Both the position numbers and the translations under genes were made by a program. DNA of 24,046 nt, from the IMG/VR virus record IMGVR_UViG_3300016474_000984, positions 1-24,046 of that record, one strand, 5' to 3'. How positions within the stretch are numbered: the stretch's first letter is position 1; each line of letters opens with the position of its first letter. Positions 16,935-23,487 of this stretch are shown piece after piece. The stretch comes from a virus. Lineage: Duplodnaviria; Caudoviricetes. The notes beneath the pieces were generated by a model. It was not told where the DNA came from and did not search any database. It was given only the letters and a program-made list of their open reading frames with translations.

Positions 16935-17534
16935 ATGGCGAAGACCGACCATCAGTTTGTAAGATTTGTGAAACAACATCTTGCAGAATACGGCATGAAA
17001 CTTGTCATTGGCCGTGGAAAATTTGTCAACACCGGACATGGACGTTGTGAAGGTTATTTTAACGAAATTGAAGGTGTTATAAAAATTGCCGGGAACAATC
17101 AATACTTTTTGCAAACTTTGGTTCACGAATACGCGCACTTTTTGCAGTATATAAACAAAGTTAGAGTGTATACAAAGTCCGATAAAGCCGGTTTGATTGT
17201 TGAAAATTGGTTTAATGGCAAAAATTATGACAAAAAAACCCTCAAGAGGGCCTTTTTGCTTGTCAGGGCGATGGAAAGAGACTGCGAAAAGCGTGCTTTA
17301 AAAATTATTCAAGAGTTTGATCTCAAAATTGACCAAAAATTGTACGCAAAGCGTGCTAATTTGTATATTTACACGCATTTTTTGATGGAAAAAACTAGAA
17401 AATACGGAACTTACAAAAAAAGTCCTTATTTTAGCAAGTATGCCCTTAAAGTTATGCCATCAAACATGACAGTTTTGAGTCACAGATCAATTCCACCTAA
17501 AATTTATTCAATTTTGGAGTCGTTTACTCTTTGA
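16935..17534 (+). CDS. Putative zinc metallopeptidase-like protein
   Basis: TLVHEYAHFLQ (HEXXH) plus downstream MERDCEKRA; strong SD. Confidence 0.7.
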   Translation: MAKTDHQFVRFVKQHLAEYGMKLVIGRGKFVNTGHGRCEGYFNEIEGVIKIAGNNQYFLQTLVHEYAHFLQYINKVRVYTKSDKAGLIVENWFNGKNYDKKTLKRAFLLVRAMERDCEKRALKIIQEFDLKIDQKLYAKRANLYIYTHFLMEKTRKYGTYKKSPYFSKYALKVMPSNMTVLSHRSIPPKIYSILESFTL

Positions 17535-17869
17535 GACTTTAGGTATTGCGATATAAATTTGGTAAAATCTTCATTGCCGTAAGGCCATCGGTCATTTTCT
17601 TCCATAAATTTGTAATGAACTAATGCATCGATGTGATCTTCCAACATTTTTAGAGTTACGTCATCAATATTCCATTTTATAAACTCATCGGTTTCTAAAG
17701 ATGGGGTATCGGCAGCATTGTGCTCTGCCACCGCCAAGTCTGCAACTTTGGCGATATTTCCTAAAATTTCCATAGATTTGGCGCATTGATAAAAAAGATC
17801 CTTTTTGACAGGATCTTCTTCTTTGCGAGCCAAGTTCCGAATCTCGTAAACCAGCTCAGGGATTTTCAT
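17504..17869 (-). CDS. Hypothetical protein
   Basis: 121-aa ORF with SD AAGGAG; co-oriented downstream of ferritin-like gene. Confidence 0.75.
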   Translation of the reverse strand: MKIPELVYEIRNLARKEEDPVKKDLFYQCAKSMEILGNIAKVADLAVAEHNAADTPSLETDEFIKWNIDDVTLKMLEDHIDALVHYKFMEENDRWPYGNEDFTKFISQYLKSQRVNDSKIE

Positions 17870-17881
17870 TTTAGTAACTCC

Positions 17882-18244
17882 TTAACTTAGTGTTAGGAGA
17901 TACTTGGTTTGTTGAACCAGACCAAGCATCTCATCTCGTATATTTAACAGTGCTGTTTGATCGGGTTTGATTTCTTTTGGTAATTCATTCTTCAGGTAAT
18001 CTTCAAACGAATCTAGCACGGATCCTATGCTAATCTTAAATGGACCGTTTAACTTTAATTCAGGAATATCTTTGATTTCTTGTTTGCCATTAACTCCCAT
18101 ATAAGTTTCGGCAAACGTGTCGAGCAGTGTGTCGATCCCAGTATATGCTTTTCCCAAAGCTTTGTGCGCAGCGTAGGATTGAGTTCCCCAGTGATGAAGG
18201 CGAATCTCGTTGTTAAAGTTTAATATTTTTTGAATGCAGCTCAT
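17882..18244 (-). CDS. Ferritin/Dps-like four-helix protein (DUF5856-like)
   Basis: LHHWGTQSYAAHKALGKAY...LDTFAETYMG and LLNIRDEML...TKYLLTL. Confidence 0.8.
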   Translation of the reverse strand: MSCIQKILNFNNEIRLHHWGTQSYAAHKALGKAYTGIDTLLDTFAETYMGVNGKQEIKDIPELKLNGPFKISIGSVLDSFEDYLKNELPKEIKPDQTALLNIRDEMLGLVQQTKYLLTLS

Positions 18245-18250
18245 TGTATA

Positions 18251-18460
18251 TTATTTATCTTTGTGGGCCTGTGAAAACACTATAAAATCTAAAGGCACGT
18301 CTTCGGGGTTTTTGTTTGCTCTTATTTTTGCTTTTTTAAATTCCACGTCTGTCAACAAAAGTGGAGTCACGTTTCCTTCGGAATCTACGTGGCCTGCAAA
18401 ATAATAAGATGCGTTTTCGTGCAATTTTCTTTTTGTATTTTTAATTTTTTTCTTTGCCAC
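18251..18460 (-). CDS. Small basic hypothetical protein (start uncertain; GTG 18460 or TTG 18475)
   Basis: Fills gap in minus-strand run; PLLLTDVEFKKAKIRANKNPEDVP. Confidence 0.65.
   Translation of the reverse strand: MAKKKIKNTKRKLHENASYYFAGHVDSEGNVTPLLLTDVEFKKAKIRANKNPEDVPLDFIVFSQAHKDK
18252..18258 (-). promoter_or_regulatory. Late promoter ATAAATA, 7 nt before ferritin-like ATG
   Basis: ATAAATA-ATATACA-ATG; overlaps upstream stop codon. Confidence 0.6.
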
Positions 18461-18761
18461 GATAAAGTTTCTCAATTTGTTTTGACATCCAGGATGGAGT
18501 TATCTTGTTTAAATATTTTCTTCGTTTGTCGCATGGTGCACATGGCTTTGCTCCAAAAAATTTAGTAACCGATGCTATAAGCTCACCAAATCCTTTTTTC
18601 ATAGGAACTTCTTCAAATCGATTTAAATTTTGAGGATAAATTTTAAAATCACTTATTGATGTATTTTTTACAATAGTAAGTGTATCATCCTCATTTATTT
18701 GACACACTAATTTTCTCTTACCCTTGCGTCCGTTGTATATAAAAATTAATTCGTTATTCAT
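18441..18761 (-). CDS. Hypothetical protein with CxxC motif
   Basis: GFGELIASVTKFFGAKPCAPCDKRRKYLN; ATGA overlap with the 709-aa gene. Confidence 0.75.
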   Translation of the reverse strand: MNNELIFIYNGRKGKRKLVCQINEDDTLTIVKNTSISDFKIYPQNLNRFEEVPMKKGFGELIASVTKFFGAKPCAPCDKRRKYLNKITPSWMSKQIEKLYRGKEKN

Positions 18762-20887
18762 ATTGCGCTCACAGTAGCTGTTAGCTCTCCATAACTATAA
18801 TTATACGCCAATGTTCCGCGGTTAATGTATCTGGAAAATGAAGAAGGAGGATCACTGATAATTCGAGGAAAGTTTGAAACAGCAAAAGTAGTTTGCCCCA
18901 TTCCCTGCTGACCCTGCTGGGGAAATCTAAACGGATAACATCTGTCAAATGCTTGGGTGGAAACTGGTGGAGTTACTGGACTAAAGGCATTAAATGGGTT
19001 AAATGATCCGCCGGTAAATCCCAAATAATTTGTTTCATAACCGCGAACAACTGGATACCAACCAGAAACGCTTGTGAGTGCATACTCACCTTCATATATC
19101 ACGCCACCGTATCTGCCAAAAGATGGATGTTCTGGTGGAGGATAATTTTGATATGGTTTATTTTTAACTCCTGGTTCCGATTGAATAGTTGAAAGAGGCG
19201 CACAATTGGATCCACTGTCATCATGCCATTCATGGTTATATTTTTCATACGGTATAGAATTTCTGGTATAAACCAAATTCATTTTCATGCCTTGCCCATA
19301 AAAAGCATATTCAAAATTGGGAACAACGCCTCTGTACCATTCAGGATTGTTTACAATTTTTCCATCTATTGTTGTTACATGTCTTGGTACAAAAGTTTGA
19401 GTATTGGCCAAGAAATCTAAACGATATAGAGATTCCCAAAAATCCATGTTTACTTGATCGCCACACGGTAAGGTGTCTCTAAAACCTATTCCCAGTTCAA
19501 CATCAATCTGGTGTGGTCTGCTCCCACTTGAAAATGGGGGTATACCATTTGCCGGAGGACCATCAAACGGTGACGGATTTAAATGAAATAAACTAAAACA
19601 ACTTCCATATGTTTCACAGTCACAATTACAATTTACAATTCGCCGTGGTCTTGGTTGTGGAACTACGTCATTTGCACAGTGTTGACTAAAAACAGATGTA
19701 GTGCACTGTCCAATGCCGCAAGGACATGAAAGAACTATTCCAGCAAACCCTTCAACTGTGGTTGGTGGAGAAATATAAACACTCTCAACAATATCTACGT
19801 TTCCGACCAATAGTGGATTTGGTTCACCGATAACATCGGCATATGGATTATTAATCCAGCTTCTTAGTGGTTCTGGTCTTGTATTGGACTGAAACAAATA
19901 ATTATAGGTCAACGGATTCCATGTGGGAGGATATTCCACACTGTAATTTTGAGGAACCGCTTCTGTAGAACAGCCCCAATGCAAGCTAAGCAATGAAATA
20001 TCTAATTTAGATTCTTGACCTTCATATGAAGGAATAAATTCAAAATTCCAGGTTGATGTGTCACGTAAAGATAAATCAAAATCAGTATGTTTTAATGTCA
20101 ATCCAGTAATGTCATCTTGTATGATACAAGGTAAAACGCCATAATTAAACGAGCCCTCCAAACTTTCACTTAAAACACTGCCATCGTTGCAAAGATCGCA
20201 TGCATGATATGGCTCTTCATTTAATGCAGTATAATTAAATTTTTGTGGAATCCATGGATTTGTTCCAAAATAACAACAATCTGCACAATTTAATATTTGC
20301 AAATTACCAAAATTACCAAACCCACCACCTTGTCCGTCGAATACACCACAAACATCAATTCGTTCTTGTGTTTCGTCGTCAATATATGACCCTCTTACAC
20401 ACCCCTTTATTAAATTGTTTGCATCGCATTGATCGGTGCAATTTGGGCATTGTGCATATATGTTTTGCGTTCCTTGAGGTCTGTCAAAAAATGAACCTGG
20501 TACGATTCCCCCCAAATATCCATATCCACCATACCATGTCAAGTTTTGGTTTGCCGGTTCAACACCGTAATTCTGTATAGTATTTAACTTAACTGCGTTA
20601 AGAGGGTCATTTCCAAGTTTTGGAAAAAATGGAAATGTATCAAATCGAGAGATTCTGTAGGTAAAATTTAATCTCCATTTTTCCGTCTCGAATTCTAAAG
20701 GTGTTACAGTTCCGTCATTGCACCGCCATTGCAATGTTCCACCATTTGGTTTGCAATAAAATTTTACGTAAAAATCCAAAGTTATGTTAATGTCTTTTCC
20801 TTCACAAGATTTGGAAGGAACTTTGCAGCATGAAGTCGGATAACCTGTGGAACATGTGCTGCCGCAACAGCAAACCTTTTTGGGCAT
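18758..20887 (-). CDS. Large Cys/Pro/Gly-rich protein, probably virion-associated
   Basis: Starts MPKKVCCCGSTC...CC; about 32 Cys by manual count; late promoter and SD GGAG upstream. Confidence 0.75.
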   Translation of the reverse strand: MPKKVCCCGSTCSTGYPTSCCKVPSKSCEGKDINITLDFYVKFYCKPNGGTLQWRCNDGTVTPLEFETEKWRLNFTYRISRFDTFPFFPKLGNDPLNAVKLNTIQNYGVEPANQNLTWYGGYGYLGGIVPGSFFDRPQGTQNIYAQCPNCTDQCDANNLIKGCVRGSYIDDETQERIDVCGVFDGQGGGFGNFGNLQILNCADCCYFGTNPWIPQKFNYTALNEEPYHACDLCNDGSVLSESLEGSFNYGVLPCIIQDDITGLTLKHTDFDLSLRDTSTWNFEFIPSYEGQESKLDISLLSLHWGCSTEAVPQNYSVEYPPTWNPLTYNYLFQSNTRPEPLRSWINNPYADVIGEPNPLLVGNVDIVESVYISPPTTVEGFAGIVLSCPCGIGQCTTSVFSQHCANDVVPQPRPRRIVNCNCDCETYGSCFSLFHLNPSPFDGPPANGIPPFSSGSRPHQIDVELGIGFRDTLPCGDQVNMDFWESLYRLDFLANTQTFVPRHVTTIDGKIVNNPEWYRGVVPNFEYAFYGQGMKMNLVYTRNSIPYEKYNHEWHDDSGSNCAPLSTIQSEPGVKNKPYQNYPPPEHPSFGRYGGVIYEGEYALTSVSGWYPVVRGYETNYLGFTGGSFNPFNAFSPVTPPVSTQAFDRCYPFRFPQQGQQGMGQTTFAVSNFPRIISDPPSSFSRYINRGTLAYNYSYGELTATVSAI

Positions 20888-20904
20888 ATATAAATTCTCC
20901 GAGT

Positions 20905-20911
20905 TATTTAG
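20905..20911 (-). promoter_or_regulatory. Late promoter CTAAATA for 709-aa gene
   Basis: CTAAATA-ACTCGGAGAATTTATAT-ATG. Confidence 0.65.
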
Positions 20912-20945
20912 GTCCTCATATTAAATCGTTTAATATAATCGTATT

Positions 20946-20952
20946 CTAAATA
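20946..20952 (+). promoter_or_regulatory. Late promoter CTAAATA, 5 nt before ATG 20958
   Basis: CTAAATA-TTTTT-ATG. Confidence 0.7.
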
Positions 20953-20957
20953 TTTTT

Positions 20958-21164
20958 ATGTTCAACAGAAAAAAAGGACAATCGTTAGAAGACGCTATTC
21001 GTTCAGTACAACAAAAATATCGCAATAGACCAAGTCCTTTGCAATACATGCAGGAAAATACACATTACATTCCAACGCATGTCCCAAATAATTTAAAACC
21101 TTCAAATAATCTTAGAGATAATCTTTTAAGTGGTTTTAAGCCACATAAAGATACCTTTAGATAA
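20958..21164 (+). CDS. Small hypothetical protein
   Basis: 68-aa ORF with late promoter at the typical 5-nt spacing. Confidence 0.6.
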   Translation: MFNRKKGQSLEDAIRSVQQKYRNRPSPLQYMQENTHYIPTHVPNNLKPSNNLRDNLLSGFKPHKDTFR

Positions 21165-21232
21165 TTGGTTCTTAAAGATACTATAGATATTCTTTTGTAG
21201 GGTTATTTAAAGTACCTTTAAAGATACTTTAG
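21146..21232. repeat. Cluster of TAAAGATAC(C/T)TTTA-like semi-palindromic repeats
   Basis: TAAAGATAC at 21146, 21173 and 21219; TAAAGTACCTTTA at 21208. Confidence 0.6.
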
Positions 21233-21287
21233 TTACCTAACAGAATTAAAATTTCTGTGAGTGTATCACAGTGCTTTTGGTTTGCAA

Positions 21288-21294
21288 ATAAATA
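21288..21294 (+). promoter_or_regulatory. Late promoter ATAAATA, 5 nt before ATG 21300
   Basis: ATAAATA-ATTAC-ATG. Confidence 0.7.
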
Positions 21295-21299
21295 ATTAC

Positions 21300-21545
21300 A
21301 TGATTACCGAAACATCAAAATTAAATGCAACGACGTTTACGGTATCGCTGGAACCAAAAATAAATTCCAGCATCATAAAATCTTTGATTCAAAAAATTAA
21401 ACAAAAACAAAAAGAACCATTTGCAAAAATTTTTGTAAATCTTCATCCAGCTTATTTTTCCGTGTTTATGTCGGCATTGAAGACCAATGACTTGAACGTT
21501 AAAAACATGGCTACCGACAATAAAACAATAATGGTAGAAATTTGA
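21300..21545 (+). CDS. Hypothetical protein (start revised to MITETS)
   Basis: 81-aa ORF following late promoter; stop overlaps next start. Confidence 0.65.
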   Translation: MITETSKLNATTFTVSLEPKINSSIIKSLIQKIKQKQKEPFAKIFVNLHPAYFSVFMSALKTNDLNVKNMATDNKTIMVEI

Positions 21546-22114
21546 TGGCAAAGGACAGTGATTTAAACATCAGGCTTGCTGGTGAATTAAACAACCCAGA
21601 AAACGTACTGGCATCCAGGCAAGTTTTGCCATACAGTGGCTCAAACTTACAGATGGAAACATACAAAAGTTTGCAACAAAAAGATTTGGCTTACCAACAA
21701 TTTTTGGCAAAAAAATATGGATCATATGAAAATTTTTTAAAAGCCACAAAAATTAATCAAGATATACACGTTTTTGACCCGACCACGGATTACATAATCG
21801 ATGTTACCGTAATTAAACCCAACACTTCTTTTAAAACAGACCATATATCTTCCTACGAAGTCATTTTGGAAAATATGTCTGGAGTTTGCACTGTTTTTTT
21901 TACCAAAAATGACGGGTCTACCAGAAAATTAACTTGTACGTTGGAATCCCAATATGTTCCAAACGGAGTGTATAATCAGACAAGAGCCGCATTTTTTTCT
22001 CCCATGGCCGGTGATCGGATAGGTGTTTGGGATTTGAACGAACAAAAATGGAAATCTTTTTATATGAGCCGTGTCTTCAAATTTATCAGAGATGACACAC
22101 AATCGATTGAATAA
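21545..22114 (+). CDS. Protein with C-terminal WYL_2/DUF2693-like SH3 barrel
   Basis: GVCTVFFTKNDGSTRKLTCTL...VWDLNEQKWKSF; start ATG 21545 or TTG 21542. Confidence 0.75.
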   Translation: MAKDSDLNIRLAGELNNPENVLASRQVLPYSGSNLQMETYKSLQQKDLAYQQFLAKKYGSYENFLKATKINQDIHVFDPTTDYIIDVTVIKPNTSFKTDHISSYEVILENMSGVCTVFFTKNDGSTRKLTCTLESQYVPNGVYNQTRAAFFSPMAGDRIGVWDLNEQKWKSFYMSRVFKFIRDDTQSIE

Positions 22115-22117
22115 ATA
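22111..22117 (+). promoter_or_regulatory. Late promoter ATAAATA, 6 nt before ATG 22124
   Basis: ATAAATA-TCTTTG-ATG; overlaps upstream stop. Confidence 0.55.
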
Positions 22118-22123
22118 TCTTTG

Positions 22124-22300
22124 ATGTCAGAAAATGATCCCAAACGCCTTGATCATCTTCATGCAATTCTATTCAGAGAAGCGAAAATCATTCTTTCAAA
22201 GTATGAAGAATATCTTCGGGATAAGATTACATCGAAAGAATTAGCGCAAAAAATGTTGTCGCTCCGGGACGCAATAAAGCGAATAGAAGAACACAAATAA
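22124..22300 (+). CDS. 58-aa helical hypothetical protein (below ORF-track cutoff)
   Basis: MSENDPKRLDHLHAILFREAKIILSKYEEYLRDKITSKELAQKMLSLRDAIKRIEEHK; exactly fills the gap. Confidence 0.7.
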   Translation: MSENDPKRLDHLHAILFREAKIILSKYEEYLRDKITSKELAQKMLSLRDAIKRIEEHK

Positions 22301-22303
22301 ATC

Positions 22304-22331
22304 TTGACGGCTGATCTGGCTGTGTTAAAAT
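22304..22331 (+). promoter_or_regulatory. sigma70-like promoter for guaC
   Basis: TTGACG-N16-TAAAAT with TGn extended -10; ATG 8 nt downstream. Confidence 0.75.
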
Positions 22332-22339
22332 AATATGCC

Positions 22340-23374
22340 ATGATAGAAAACTACGAACCTAAATTTGATTATTCGGATGTCCTTGTCAAGCCGAATATCA
22401 GCGATGTCAAGTCTCGCAAAGAAGTTACGTTGGAAGTTGGAACCACGTTTAACTGCGGTTCTTATTGGTCTGGAATTCCGATCATGGCCGCAAACATGTC
22501 CACGGTTGGTACCCACAACATGGCAGTTGCGCTTTCGGAATACAAAATAATCACTTGCCTCAAAAAAGGTGGTGAATATTATTCCAACTTTGCCAAAATG
22601 TATCCGGAAAAAGAAAAATACGTGTCTTTGACATTGGGATTGGATTCAGACAGCAAACTGTTTGTGGACAGTTCCGACATCAATGATCCTACGTTTGTTT
22701 GTGTTGATGTTGCGAATGGTTATATGACGGAGTTTCACAGATTCACAAAGAAAGTGAGAGATAAATGGCCGAAGTCAATTTTGATTGCAGGGAATATCGT
22801 GACCCCAGAGGGGGTCGTGGCATTGTCGGATGCTGGCGCAGACCTAGTAAAGGTGGGAATCGGCTCGGGGTCGATGTGTCTGACCCGGCGAGTGGCGGGA
22901 GTCGGGTATCCCCAGCTCTCAGCGGTGCTAGAGTGTGTGGAAACAGCCGAAGCGTCAGGTATTGGGATCGTTGCTGACGGTGGAATAGTTTATCCTGGTG
23001 ATTTTGCAAAAGCATTCGTGGCCGGCGCCGCTTTTGTGATGGCGGGAGGATTGTTTGCCGGTCACGATGAGTGTGGTGGTGAAATCAGACATGGTGAGCA
23101 TGGAGAGCTCCGAATGTTGCACTACGGAATGAGCAGCAAGACTGCAAATGAAAAGTACAATGGTGGGCTTTCCGATTACAGGGCATCGGAAGGAAGAACA
23201 GTTGAAGTACCATACCGTGGACCTGTACAACATACGGTACAGGAAATTTTGGGTGGCTTGCGCTCGGCTTGCTCTTATGTTGGGGCTTTTAACTTGCCTG
23301 ACATGTACAAGCGCGGCACGCTAATCAAAGTAAATCGAACAATAAACACAGTTTTTGAGCATCACGAAATCTAA
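22340..23374 (+). CDS. guaC: GMP reductase
   Basis: DYSDVLVKP, GIPIMAANM, VDVANGY, KVGIGSGSMCLTR, GVGYPQLSA, YGMSS, YRASEG; 344 aa, no CBS domains. Confidence 0.93.
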   Translation: MIENYEPKFDYSDVLVKPNISDVKSRKEVTLEVGTTFNCGSYWSGIPIMAANMSTVGTHNMAVALSEYKIITCLKKGGEYYSNFAKMYPEKEKYVSLTLGLDSDSKLFVDSSDINDPTFVCVDVANGYMTEFHRFTKKVRDKWPKSILIAGNIVTPEGVVALSDAGADLVKVGIGSGSMCLTRRVAGVGYPQLSAVLECVETAEASGIGIVADGGIVYPGDFAKAFVAGAAFVMAGGLFAGHDECGGEIRHGEHGELRMLHYGMSSKTANEKYNGGLSDYRASEGRTVEVPYRGPVQHTVQEILGGLRSACSYVGAFNLPDMYKRGTLIKVNRTINTVFEHHEI

Positions 23375-23382
23375 ATAAAAAT

Positions 23383-23447
23383 AACCCCACCTGAGATCGT
23401 ATCTCAGGTCCGACGACTCCCAGATTGTTTGGGAGTCGTTTCTTTTT
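23383..23447 (+). ncRNA. Candidate small two-hairpin RNA (second hairpin is an intrinsic terminator)
   Basis: CTAAATA at 23371-23377; ACCTGAGAT-CGT-ATCTCAGGT; GACGACTCCCA-N7-TGGGAGTCGTT-TCTTTTT. Confidence 0.4.
23412..23447 (+). terminator. Rho-independent terminator after guaC
   Basis: 10-11 bp stem followed by TTTCTTTTT. Confidence 0.85.
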
Positions 23448-23450
23448 ACC

Positions 23451-23478
23451 TTGACAGGACACGATCATGGATTATAAT
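23451..23478 (+). promoter_or_regulatory. Consensus sigma70 promoter
   Basis: TTGACA-N16-TATAAT; ATG 9 nt downstream, no SD. Confidence 0.85.
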
Positions 23479-23487
23479 ACCCACCCT

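Noticed and set aside
21146-21232. Mini CRISPR array
   Set aside because: Units are only 9-14 nt, irregularly spaced and overlapping, with no spacer-length intervals and no cas genes
21256-21270. CRP/FNR-like site TGTGA...TCACA
   Set aside because: Spacer is 5 nt rather than the canonical 6; kept only as a generic palindrome
22340-23374. IMP dehydrogenase (guaB)
   Set aside because: Length, lack of CBS domains, and ANGY, GMSS and YRASEG motifs match GuaC
23383-23447. tRNA gene
   Set aside because: Two simple hairpins only; no cloverleaf, TTCRA T-loop or acceptor stem
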